Assembly: GCA_965240325.2 (NCBI GenBank)
Contig: OZ251228.1
Coordinates: forward strand, 1,860,001 to 1,924,000
Direction: 5' to 3'
Source: Rebecca billardiae RCC1528
Taxonomy: Eukaryota; Protista; Haptophyta
DNA: 64,000 nt
Shown: positions 33,989 to 44,762 of the stretch, in pieces
How positions within the stretch are numbered: position 1 is the first letter of the stretch
Layout of the letters: every line of letters starts with the position of its first letter
Made by a program: the position numbers and the translations under genes
Notes under the pieces: generated by a model
The model's database searches: none
What the model saw: only the letters and a program-made list of their open reading frames with translations
What the model was told of the DNA's origin: nothing

Positions 33989-34103
33989 CATCGCCTCGCC
34001 CGCTCGCCGTCGTCGCTGCTAGCTCAGCAATAAGCCAAGCAGGCCGCCCCGCTGTGGTGGCACGCGGTCCGTAGTCATCAAAGCTCCGGCGACGAGCGCG
34101 CCA

Positions 34104-35468
34104 ATGACGACGCGCCCGCCAGCGGCCGCGCGGCTTGCGCTGGTCGCGGCGGTGTTCGCCGCGGCGCTGGTCGAGGCGAGTGGCGCACACTCGCCGCGCG
34201 TACTCGCAGGCTCCCCTCTGGCCTCGCGCCCGCCGCCGCTCTCGCGCGCGCGCGTCGCGGCGCGCCGGCGGAGTGCTGTCGCGCCCGCGCCGCGCGCAGT
34301 CCTCTCGGCGCCGGTGATCGCCGCGGGCGTGGGCGGCTCGCTCGCGGGCGGGCTGCACGCGCTCACGGGTCCCGACCACGTCGCGTGCGTCCTGCCCATC
34401 TGCGTCGGCCGCCGCTGGTGGTCCGCCGTGTATACCGGTGCGTACTGGGGCCTCGGCCACGGCATCGGCGCGACCGCGGTCGGCGCTCTCGGATACTTTG
34501 TCAAGGGCTACCTGAACCTCGACGCGCTCGCCACGTGGGGCGAGGTGGCGGTGGGCGTGAGCATCCTCGTCATCGGCGTGCTCGGGCTGCGCGAGGCCGC
34601 CGAGTGGAGAGAGCACGCGACCGCCGAGGTGGAGGAGGCGCTGGAGGAGGCCGGAGTGACGACGCCCGTGCCCGCGGCGGAGGGCGGCGCGGACGGCGGC
34701 GAGGTGCGCGCGCCGTCGGCGGCGGCGATCGCCGCCGCGGGCGGGGCCGCGTTCGCTAGCCCCTCGCTCACCTCCTCCCTCCTCACCGGCATCCTGCACG
34801 GCTGCTCTGGCTCGGGCCACCTCCTCGGCGTGCTGCCTGCGCTGGCCATGCCCTCCGGCTCGTGCGCCGCCGCCTACCTCGGCATGTTTGGCGTCGGTGC
34901 GAGCGCGCGCGCGGGGGCGCGCGGCGGGTGTGAGCGCGGGGCGCGGGGCGAGGCGCGGCGCGAGGCGCGCGCCCCTCACGCGCCCTCGCGCACCGCGCCC
35001 TCCCGCTCTCGCCCGCCCGGCCGCAGGCACGATGCTCGCCATGTCGCTCTTCACCGCTGCGGTCGGCGAGATCTCAGTGCGGATGGGCGAGTCCCTGGAC
35101 CGGCCGGACATCCCCGCCAAGTGCGCGCGCGTCCGGGGGCGTGGGGCGCGGGAGGAGGAGGGGGCGAGGAGAGCGTGTTGGGCGGCGCGAGCCGGCCGGA
35201 GAGGCGCGCCGCGGCCCGTGCGCAGCCGTCCGGCCGTGTGCGCTGTGCACGTGCGTGCGTGCTCACTATGCCAACTGCGCGCGCCCCGGTGCGCCGCGGC
35301 GCCGTGCACAGGCTGACGGTGATCTCGTCAGCTTTCGCGTGCGCGCTCGGGCTGGTGTGGACGATCCGTGCGCTCAGCGTCGGCCCGTGCCGCCGCGCGA
35401 TCGGCGCGGGAGCTGTCGCCCTCGGCCAATCTCTGCGCCGAGCGCTGGGCATGCGCGCGCTGGCGTGA
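34104..35468 (+). CDS. UreH/NiCoT-like nickel/cobalt transporter with N-terminal targeting peptide; introns 34897-35026 and 35121-35311
   Basis: GGLHALTGPDHVA, WGLGHG, GILHGCSGSGHLLGVLPALAMP; splicing restores FGV-GTMLAMSLFT and IPAK-LTVISS. Confidence 0.85.
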   Translation: MTTRPPAAARLALVAAVFAAALVEASGAHSPRVLAGSPLASRPPPLSRARVAARRRSAVAPAPRAVLSAPVIAAGVGGSLAGGLHALTGPDHVACVLPICVGRRWWSAVYTGAYWGLGHGIGATAVGALGYFVKGYLNLDALATWGEVAVGVSILVIGVLGLREAAEWREHATAEVEEALEEAGVTTPVPAAEGGADGGEVRAPSAAAIAAAGGAAFASPSLTSSLLTGILHGCSGSGHLLGVLPALAMPSGSCAAAYLGMFGVGASARAGARGGCERGARGEARREARAPHAPSRTAPSRSRPPGRRHDARHVALHRCGRRDLSADGRVPGPAGHPRQVRARPGAWGAGGGGGEESVLGGASRPERRAAARAQPSGRVRCARACVLTMPTARAPVRRGAVHRLTVISSAFACALGLVWTIRALSVGPCRRAIGAGAVALGQSLRRALGMRALA

Positions 35469-36428
35469 GACGGCGGCCGTGCGCAGACGCAGGCGGCAGC
35501 GCGCGGCATGTCGGCGGACAGCGCGAGAGACCAGGCGTGTATGACCCCTCCGCGCTGCAGGCACGACGGTAGGCAAGCGTTTTGCATGCGGCCCATGGCC
35601 GTGGCCCGCCATCGGCAAGCTGCGGATGGCATCGGAGTTAGGACGAGATGCTGCGGCACGGTCATTCTATTCGTCGTCGCCTGTCACGCCTCACGGTGCA
35701 TCATGACGAGATTCATGAGTGTCGGAGTGACAGTGCATGACATTATCGGCAGCAGATCTCGGCAGCAGATCTATATATCTATCTATATATCTATATATCT
35801 ATATATAGATATATATAGATGATATATGGGGGGGTATTGGCAGCGCGCACGACAATAACTGCTGATTGTCTAAGAGGACGGTGGGAGCGCAATGCGCCGT
35901 ACCAACACCTGCCTGCCATTCAGCCTGAGCCAGGCGGCCGAGCTCAAGTCCGGCTGCCCGATCTTGGCCACCCTCTTCTCGTGCCACGAGGGCTTTCGAG
36001 CCTGCTCTGTGCGCACGCACGACGGCCTAGAACGACTTACTCGCTGCGCTGCTCCTGGAGTCCTGGGCCTTAGGCTAATAGGCGAGGTTGGCATGGCGAT
36101 TGGCGGTCAGGACGGCCAATCGGTGAACTGGGTTTTTCATCAGGCGCCGAGCCAACCGACGCTGCTGCGTGCCTCTCGCTCACTCGCAGCGAACGCCCTT
36201 CGGAAGCGCCCACTGTCCTGATGGCTGCAGCTGTTTCCGGCGGCCCGCAGCTCCGAGGCGCCCTGTGCACGATGTCGATGGTCATGGTCCTTCGTGCCTC
36301 GCTCTCGTGCGGCTTGGCGGCTCTCGGGCTGCGTCTTCCAAGCTGCTCGCCGCGTGGCTCCGCCCTGTCCGGCGTGTGCCTCGCCTCCTCGCTGCATCTG
36401 GATGGCGCAGGCGCTTCGAGGACGGCTA

Positions 36429-36429
<1 letters not shown>

Positions 36430-36466
<37 letters not shown>

Positions 36467-36498
36467 TACATATACATATATATATATATATATATATA
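36430..36498. repeat. (CA)n/(TA)n compound microsatellite
   Basis: Direct reading. Confidence 0.95.
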
Positions 36499-38795
36499 TG
36501 ACCGCGTTCCGCGGTCTTTTTCCGTAGAACGAACGTAGTTCGGGGCCCGCGGTGCACCCTCCGTCGGCTGCTGTCTCAGTCTGACATGTGTAACAGTTCG
36601 CCTGAGCTGCCACCGCCAACTCAGTCACTGCCGCCCACCGGGCCGGCGGGCCGAGGACTGTCGCCGCGGGCCGCCGCGGGGACTAGCGGCCGGCGCGCGC
36701 GCGCAGGCAGGGCGAGAGGCGCTGGCGCGGCGCGAGCCGGCGCGTGCGCGCGAGCGGGCGCACCTGCTTGAGGTACTCGCCCTGCGCCATGCGCTCGACG
36801 ACGGGCCGCTGGTCGCTCGTGCCGGCAGAGCGAGAGCGCGCGCCACTGCTGGCCCCGGCCTGCCGGCTGCGCAGCCTCGCACCGAGACCGACCGAGCGGA
36901 GCTCGGGGCTGTGGAACGAGGCGAGCGGCGCGTCGCGCCTGCCGCCGCGCGTGCGCGCCTGCTCCACCGCGCCGCCGTGCTCGCCCGCCGCCTCCTCCGC
37001 CGCGTCGGCCTCGAAGACGGCGGCTGCCAGCGGCAGGCTGAGCTGCGCGCGGCTCACTCACACTGTCTGTGAGTCCTCACGCTGCTGCCGGACCTCCGCG
37101 CCGCCGTCGACCGAGTTGAGGAGGAGCTCGCGCTCGGCGTCGAGGCGCGAGCTCGCGTGCTCGAGCTCGCCCTTCAGCCGCGCGAGCTCCGGGCGCATCC
37201 GGCTCATCAGCTCTGCCGCGCCGCTCGCTCGGCGGCGGCGGGCGGCGCGCTCTGCTCCGGTCGGCGAGCGACGAGCTCGCGTGCTCCGGACTCGGCTCGC
37301 CCTTGCGCGCTGCTCCTCGAGTGACGAACGCGCCCGCGGGCAGGTTGTTGCCCGTCGCCCCCGCCGCGATCTCGCCGCCCCCGCCGCGATCTCGTCGCCC
37401 GCCGCCTCCTCCGCCGCGTCGGCCTCGAAGACGGCGGCTGCCAGCGGCAGGCTGAGCTGCGCGCGGCTCACTCACTCACACTGTCTGTGAGTCCTCACGC
37501 TGCTGCCGGACCTCCGCGCCGCCGTCGACCGAGTTGAGGAGGAGCTCGGGCTCGGCGTCGAGGCGCGAGCTCGCGTGCTCGAGCTCGCCCTTCAGCCGCG
37601 CGAGCTCCGGGCGCATCCGGCTCATCAGCTCTGCCGCGCCGCTCGCTCGGCGGCGGCGGGCGGCGCGCTCTGCTCCGGTCGGCGAGCGACGAGCTCGCGT
37701 GCTCCGGACTCGGCTCGCCCTTGCGCGCTGCTCCTCGAGTGACGAACGCGCCCGCGGGCAGGTTGTTGCCCGTCGCCCCCGCCGCGATCTCGCCGCCCCC
37801 GCCGCGATCTCGTCGCCCGCCGCCTCCTCCGCCGCGTCGGCCTCGAAGACGGCGGCTGCCAGCGGCAGGCTGAGCTGCGCGCGGCTCACTCACACTGTCT
37901 GTGAGTCCTCACGCTGCTGCCGGACCTCCGCGCCGCCGTCGACCGAGTTGAGGAGGAGCTCGCGCTCGGCGTCGAGGCGCGAGCTCGCGTGCTCGAGCTC
38001 GCCCTTCAGCCGCGCGATAAGCTCCGGGCGCATCCGGCTCATCAGCTCTGCCGCGCCGCTCGCTCGGCGGCGGCGGGCGGCGCGCTCTGCTCCGGTCGGC
38101 GAGCGACGAGCTCGCGTGCTCCGGACTCGGCTCGCCCTTGCGCGCTGCTCCTCGAGTGACGAACGCGCCCGCGGGCAGGTTGTTGCCCGTCGCCCCCGCC
38201 GCGATCTCGCCGCCCCCGCCGCGATCTCGTCGCGCATGTGTCCGTGGCGCGCGCCTGCGAGGTGACAGGCGGGCCGCGAGCTCAGCCTCGGGGAGAGCGG
38301 AGCGAGAAGGCGAGACGCGCGGCCTGCGAGGCGACAGGCGCGCTCGGGGCAAAGGAATCTCGGGGAGAGCATTTTACTATTCACAGTTGGAGGTGATCAA
38401 GTTTCCCGATCGAGGCGACAGGCGCGCTCGGGGAGAGCATTTTACTATTCACAGTTGGAGGTGATCAAGTTTCCCGATCCCTTGCCTTGCCGTTTTTATC
38501 GGTTGGCGGTTGGCGGCAATCTCATACTTAAAATCGCGCTCGTAACGAACCGTTACACTAATGTCACGTCCAGCTGACGTCCAGATCGCACTTTACTTAA
38601 GGGAATCAGCTGGGCGCGCTTTTTTTCGGCCTAATAGACCTCTCTATGCGATCTCAAAAACTCGAAACTCGGTCTCCGCCAGCCCTAAAAATCGCCCCCC
38701 GTCCCTTTTTTCTTGATCAAAGATCTTTTTGAAACGTGGTTCGGGCCCGCTGGTGCGGGCTCCACGCTGCGCGCTCCGCCCTGCACCGCGGGCCA
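36499..38795 (-). mobile_element. Helitron2/Helentron-like element C (2.3 kb) carrying a tandem repeat
   Basis: About 260 bp at 38536-38795 is the reverse complement of the element A 5' end; perfect 13-bp subterminal inverted repeat at 36544-36556; hairpin at 36500-36516. Confidence 0.75.
36980..38232. repeat. ~415-bp tandem repeat, three units
   Basis: Near-identical units starting at about 36980, 37394 and 37812; minus strand encodes ELMSRMRPELARLKGELEHASSRLDAERELL. Confidence 0.9.
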
Positions 38796-38850
38796 TGATC
38801 GGCTACGCCGATCTTCGGGTAGTGAACAACGAAGTTGAGGGCGCACGGCC

Positions 38851-39777
38851 CTAGTGGCTAGTCACCATCACGCAGCTAGTGAGCTTGTGAATGTGAGACT
38901 GAGTAGCAGCCGCGGCTTGTGACGACACGGTCGGACGGTCGGACGGTGCCGGTGCGGCGGGGGCATCGGCGGCGCGACGGCGTCGGCGGTGGCGCGCTCG
39001 TACAGCGTCTGCAGCACGTGCGCAGCGTGACTGCGTGTGCAGCAGCGCGCCGCTCAGCTCCCGCCGCTCCACGCCGCCGCAGCGGCGCGCGCGGCGCGCG
39101 CCCGCCTCGGCCGCGGCCGCGCCTGCCACCATCCGTCGCGCCGCCGCCAGCTGCTGCGCCGTCGGTGACGGCGGCGGGTCGAGTGCAGAGAGGAGGTGGA
39201 TGAGCCAGTGCAGCCCGGACTGCGTGACGTCCACGTCCACCACCGCGTCCTCCTTCGCCACCGCCATCTCCTCCGCCCGCCCCGCCCCCCAGCGGCGGTC
39301 CCACCACTTCCCACCACACTAACTAAGACCGCGGCCCGGCGCACGCCGCGGGTGCCCGGCGAGCGCTCGGATGACGAACCGGCTGGGCGGCAGCGTGGGC
39401 GGCGAGGTGACGCGCTCTCCGCCGCTGACGGAGGAGTTGACGGAGGTCGTGCGCGCGAGGTCGGCGGCGGTGTGCGCGGCGGCGCTGGGCGAATCGTGCG
39501 CCAGCCTCTCGGGCAGCACAGTATGCTCCGCCGCGCGCCCGCCGCCGCCCAGGCTCCCGCGCTCGGCCGCGCGCCGCGCCGCCGCGCTGTCCGGATGGCG
39601 CACCTCTCTCGACTGCGCCACCACCATCGCCCTCGCTCCCTGCAGTCGCCGCCCCCGCCGCCTGCCGTGACGCGCCCGCCGCGAGCCGTTGGCGGCACTC
39701 GCGGGCGGCGGCGTCGGCTGAGAGCCGGCGGCGGTGACGCGCGGGCGGCCGCCGCTGGCGAGGGTGAGGACGGACAT
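38851..39777 (-). pseudogene. Possible degenerate gene fragment
   Basis: Short protein-like segment (AVAKEDAVVDVDVTQSGLHWLIHLLSAL) among interrupted frames. Confidence 0.2.
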
Positions 39778-40852
39778 GCCGTTCGGCGCGCCTCCCTCGT
39801 CCGTGCCGCCACCACCGCCCTCGCTCCCTTCAGCCGCCCCCCCGACGCCTCCGCCTGGCCGCTACACACGCCGCCGCGCGCCCCACGCGATCGCACCGGG
39901 AAAGCCGCCGACGTGCCAGTTGGATCGTGACTGTCTGTTCGCGAGTCCAGACGATAGAGCATCACAACGCGTCGATCACACCCGCATTGGCTTTGATCGA
40001 ATCAGTTTGCAAAAGGGCTGAGCGGAATCTTGAATCAGAACTGCAATTATTGACCTTTACGCTCAGGCTGTCTAGGACACACTCAGCACACTTCTTTCAT
40101 CAATCAGAGAGCTTTAATCCTCGCAGATAGAGATGTCGAATCCCACCCGCATTGGGCCAAGAAGTCGCCACTAGGCCATTTGTGCTATTCAGCGAGGGAA
40201 TTGTCCTATTAGTATCTATGCCTGCACAAAGAGATTATTAATACGAGCAGGGGAATCGGATAGTACGAACGCAATCAAGCGTCATCAAGGGGGTTGAATG
40301 CCATTCACTAGCAACTCTCCCCCTGCTACAAGTACAAAATCCCCACCAGCATCACGCGCGCCATTATCTTTTTTGATTTTGCGGAGCACGTGCACCGCCC
40401 CCCCCGGCTTTCGCTCACGCTCAGACCTTTCGGGGGGGGCGTGCGCCATCATTATATTCGATCGATCTTTGATGTCGTCGTCAGTGACGTAACGACGACA
40501 TCAGCGCCGACAGCGCCGGGGTCCCCCCCCAGCAGTCATGCTCGTCCCGGATGGCACTAAGCCACTATAGCTTATTACAGGCAGTTAATAGTTTACTGCT
40601 AACAGTACGTCGTATAAACCGAAACGCGAGACGAGCGCGCGCGCTAGTCATCAGCGCAATTAATCGCCGATCGCCTGAGCGAGGGCCCGCTCTGAGGCGG
40701 TCCGCCCGCGAGGCCGTGCAAGTCCGTGCTCGTCTTTGGAGTCATGATCAGTCGTCTATAGATCGGATAATGACGGGCCCCGCGTAGATGACTGCTTCGC
40801 GGCTCATGCCGCCACCGGCGCTCTTTCCCCTGCTCGTACCACCCCCGGGGGC

Positions 40853-41872
40853 CTACCCCGCCTTCTTCGCCGCAGCCTCAAAGTTGGAGCGCACCCGGCC
40901 GAGCAGGTACTCGCCCGCCGTGATGGGCTCGTGCCCGTCAGACTCGATCACAGCGTCTCGGTCCGCCTGCATGAAGAAGGCGATGGAGTAGCGCGGCCTG
41001 GGCGGGGTCGCCTCCTCCTTGGTGGGCATGCGTACGCGGTGCAAGTTCGACAGCAGCCGCCCGTTCGACCAGCGGCCGAGCATGTCGCCGATGTTGACAG
41101 CGATGCCGCCCTCGACTGGGTCCACGCGGAGCCAGCCACCGCCCGCGCCGCCAGTCGCGCGCGGGTTGGCCGCGCACTCGAGGCCCTCGTTGCCCGGGCG
41201 CTGGAAGAGGAGGGTGACGCAGCACCAGTCCGTGTGCGGCCCCGCGCGCCAGTACCCCGCCGGCATCTCCTCCGGCTTCTCCACCGGCGGGTAGTGCAGC
41301 AGGCGCAGCGTGCACTGGCCCTGAGGGCCCCACAGCGTGTGCGAGCGCGCAAGCGTGCCGGCCGCGTTGGACGGGCAGGCGGAGGGCTCGAGGAGGGAGA
41401 GAACGCGGCAGCCGAGTGCGTGCGCCTGGTCCATCAGCGTGCGCACCGCCGGCTCGAGCTCCCCGGGGTGCGACGGCCAGCGCCCATCCATCGCGCCCTC
41501 ACGCGCCGTGATCTGCAGCGACTCCTTCTGATCTGCCGTGTTGGTCGACGGGCGCACCTGCGCCATGTACTCGTAGCCCACGTTGTGGTCTTTCATGAAC
41601 GGCGACTGAGTGGCCTTGATCTCGCGCGGCTGCGCGAAGAACCCCGCCGACGCCTCGAACGCCGCGTCGATCGTCTCCTTGGCGATGCCGTGGTGGACGA
41701 GCGAAAAGAAGCCGACCGAGCTGGCGGCATCGAACATCTCGCGGGAGCACGCCTCGTCGTCCTGTCGCATGTCGATGGTGGGGACGGCGCCCTCCGCCGC
41801 CTCCTTGGCCCCGAGGCCCGACGCCAGTAGCTCGCGCTCGATCGCCACCTCGGCGGGCTCGTCGTCGGGCAT
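40853..41872 (-). CDS. 2OG-Fe(II) oxygenase (isopenicillin N synthase/DIOX family), copy 1
   Basis: GFFSLVHHGI, LRLLHYP, HTD...H facial triad (GPHTDW, SNLHRV), RYS motif. Confidence 0.92.
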   Translation of the reverse strand: MPDDEPAEVAIERELLASGLGAKEAAEGAVPTIDMRQDDEACSREMFDAASSVGFFSLVHHGIAKETIDAAFEASAGFFAQPREIKATQSPFMKDHNVGYEYMAQVRPSTNTADQKESLQITAREGAMDGRWPSHPGELEPAVRTLMDQAHALGCRVLSLLEPSACPSNAAGTLARSHTLWGPQGQCTLRLLHYPPVEKPEEMPAGYWRAGPHTDWCCVTLLFQRPGNEGLECAANPRATGGAGGGWLRVDPVEGGIAVNIGDMLGRWSNGRLLSNLHRVRMPTKEEATPPRPRYSIAFFMQADRDAVIESDGHEPITAGEYLLGRVRSNFEAAAKKAG

Positions 41873-42099
41873 CCCGCCACGTCCGCAGCGCCCCTTCGCG
41901 CGAGGTACCAGACTTGGTCCAGGAAAATGTGACGATTCACCGAGTTCCCGCCTTCCCGGACGCAACTCCAGAGAGCGTCTGCGCACAAGGCTCGCGCTAG
42001 CCGGCCAGGTCGATTACACCGGCTGCACCAAGGGGCCTTCATTCGGCAAAGCCGGGCGACGCGCGCGCCAGCCGGTGCGCTACGCACAAGCTGGTCGGC

Positions 42100-43311
42100 A
42101 TGGTCGACGTAATGAGCCCCAAGTGTGATCACACCGGCTGCACCAAGTGGCCTTCGTTCGGCATGCCGGGCGACGCGCGCGCCAGCCGGTGCGCCACGCA
42201 CAAGCTGGCCGGCATGGTCAACGTGGTGAGCCCCACGTGTGATCACACCGGCTGCACCAAGGGGCCTTCGTTCGGCATGCCGGGCGACGCGCGCGCCAGC
42301 CGGTGCGCTACGCACAAGCTGGCCGGCATGGTCGACATCAAGAACCCCAAGTGTGATCACGCGGGCTGCACCAAGCAGCCTTCGTTCGGCATGGCGGGCG
42401 ACGCGCGCGCCAGCCGGTGCGCTACGCACAAGCTGGCCGGCATGGTCGACGTGATGCACGTCAAGTGTGATCACGCGGGCTGCACCACACAGCCTAAATT
42501 CGGCATGCCGGGCGACACGCGCGCCAGCCGGTGCGCTACGCACAAGCTGGCCGGCATGGTCGACGTGAAGAACCCCAAGTGTGATCACGCGGGCTGCACC
42601 ACGCGGCCGTACTTCGGCATGCCGGGCGATACGCGCCCCAGCCGGTGCGCTACGCACAAGCTGGCCGGCATGGTGGACGTGGTGCACCCCAAGTGCGGTG
42701 AGGCCGGCTGTACCACACGGCCTTCGTTCGGCATGCCGGGCGACGCGCGCGCCAGCCGGTGCGCTACGCACAAGCTGGCCGGCATGGTCGACGTGAAGAG
42801 CCCCACGTGTGATCACGCGGGCTGCACCACACGGCCTTTGTTCGGCATGCTGGGCGACGCGCGCGCCAGCCGGTGCGGTACGCACAAGCTGGCAGGCATG
42901 CTTCCGCTGTCACGTGGCAACAGCAGCGTTCACGTGGCCAAGAGCTCGGCCTCCATGCACTCCCAGATCGGTCCCAGCAAACGTCCCCGGGCACAGCACT
43001 GCGTTGCCGATGGGCCTGCACGTGCTCTGCGCGCAAGGCCCAGCATTGCCCTGCTGCCTGCCAATGCAACAGGCTGGCCACAAGGCGAGGCGACTGTGTC
43101 TCCAATGCTGCTACCCATTGTCGTGGGCGAAGAATTCATCCCCTCTGGCTCGATGCAGCCGCAGGTCGTGGGTCACCTTCAGACTCAGGATCATCCAATG
43201 GCATCCGTGTCGGCGGTGCTCCCGCCAGAGGCGCCAGAGCTCCCTGTGGTTACTGTGGGTCAGATCGACTATACCACGCGCGCTGGTCAGCAGATTGACG
43301 AACTGATATGA
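42100..43311 (+). CDS. EsV-1-7-type repeat protein, copy 3 (7 repeats)
   Basis: Seven 38-aa units; different tail with PSKRPR; frameshifted extra unit at about 42010-42099. Confidence 0.85.
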   Translation: MVDVMSPKCDHTGCTKWPSFGMPGDARASRCATHKLAGMVNVVSPTCDHTGCTKGPSFGMPGDARASRCATHKLAGMVDIKNPKCDHAGCTKQPSFGMAGDARASRCATHKLAGMVDVMHVKCDHAGCTTQPKFGMPGDTRASRCATHKLAGMVDVKNPKCDHAGCTTRPYFGMPGDTRPSRCATHKLAGMVDVVHPKCGEAGCTTRPSFGMPGDARASRCATHKLAGMVDVKSPTCDHAGCTTRPLFGMLGDARASRCGTHKLAGMLPLSRGNSSVHVAKSSASMHSQIGPSKRPRAQHCVADGPARALRARPSIALLPANATGWPQGEATVSPMLLPIVVGEEFIPSGSMQPQVVGHLQTQDHPMASVSAVLPPEAPELPVVTVGQIDYTTRAGQQIDELI

Positions 43312-43342
43312 TGACGATTGCTGATTTTGCTGACGACATCTA

Positions 43343-44181
43343 TGAGGCCCGCGTTCCGCGGTCCTTTTCTGCATAGAATGAACGCAGTTGGGGGGCCCGC
43401 GGTGGCCGTGCAATCGCGGCTCTCCGCCGTAGTGGCAGTTCGCCAGTTGAAGTCGGTTATTCTGAGATGACGGAAGCTATTAGTCCGACCGTCGCCCTGC
43501 TTGCGCGACCGCGAGACTCATTCACACTTCACACAATCACAGCAGCGGACCTGAGACCGCACCCGGCACCGGTCGTCAAATCGGACGTAGTCCGTCTGAC
43601 AACTAGCTGCCAAATGTCCAACTGGCTGATCAACTCGGATCCGACCCGTCCGCGATCGTGCCATCGGCGGCATCGGACGTCCGTCTGACAACTATTACTA
43701 CGTCTACTAGTAGAGCTGCCAAACTGTCCAACTCTGGCTGATCAGCTCGGATCCGACCCGTCCGCGATCGTGCCGAGTGAGTCGTGCCGCGGAGCTCGGA
43801 GCCACTGAAGGAGTCGGGTGTGACAGCAGGGTGCTTTAGCGCTGCGGCCCGTGCCAGCCAACGACCAGACGTACTCTGGCCACTTGACCCGTTGCACGGG
43901 TGAGTGACCGTACGCCCTGCCTACCGCGCGCGCCGCGCGACTCGGGGTGATGGAGAGCGGATGGCGACAGCAGCAGCAGTCCTCATGAAGACGATGAAAC
44001 TGGCGGCACGGGTGCACGAGGTGGCAGGCGAAAGCGCGCCGACGAGACCGCATTTGACACACCTGAGCCGCACGCGCGTGCCGTCGCCGAGCGGCGAGCG
44101 CTGCCAAACGCGCAACTACCGCGCGCGCCACGACGGCGCGGCACTAGCTGATGCAGGCCGTACTGCCGGCACTGCTTCTGC
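43343..44181 (-). mobile_element. 5'-truncated inverted copy of element A (element D)
   Basis: Reverse complement of about 25330-26141 including the subterminal repeat and hairpin. Confidence 0.8.
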
Positions 44182-44185
44182 CGCC

Positions 44186-44312
44186 TGCAGGGCGGAGCGC
44201 GTAGCGTGGAGCCCCGCCGGGGGCCCTCACTACGTTGTCAAAAAGATCTTTTGATCAAAGAAAAGGGGACGGGGGACGATTTTCAGGGCTGTTGGAGGGT
44301 GAGTTTTCGATT
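44186..44312 (+). mobile_element. 5'-end fragment of the same family
   Basis: tgcagggcggagcgcgtagcgtggagccc...tcaaaaagatcttttgatcaaagaaaaggggacggggg. Confidence 0.7.
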
Positions 44313-44762
44313 AACGGCCCGATGTCGTGCGTCCCCAAGCGCATCAACGCGTTCCGCATGCCGAGCCGGTTCGCGTGCGCGTCCAGGAATCAGGATTTCT
44401 GATCCGACGATGTCTTGCGCGACCAGAGTGCGCGCGCGCCCGCGCCCCCGCGTTTGACAATTGACTGCGGTCGAGGGTGACCCACTGGTCATCGCGGGGA
44501 ACGATCGCCGGACCGCCCAGTGGTTCCGGAGTGGATCACTGTTGTCTGGTGCTGGGCGGAGTCCGGCCCCGGGCATTATACAATAATAACCAAATATGGC
44601 GCAGATATTCGTTTACTGACAACGAGTGACGGCCTTCGAGCTTTCTTATTACTCACGTCCGGGCGCGCCTATTTCGGCAATCGCGTCTTGTCGGAATAGA
44701 CAGCAATGTACGGAATGTACCCCTCAACCCTCATATATATATATATATATGTGCGGCCGTCA

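Noticed and set aside
24898-38795. One 13.9-kb transposon bounded by ~260-bp TIRs
   Set aside because: Each end pairs with its own nearby 3' terminus, so these are separate elements in opposite orientation; no shared long TSD
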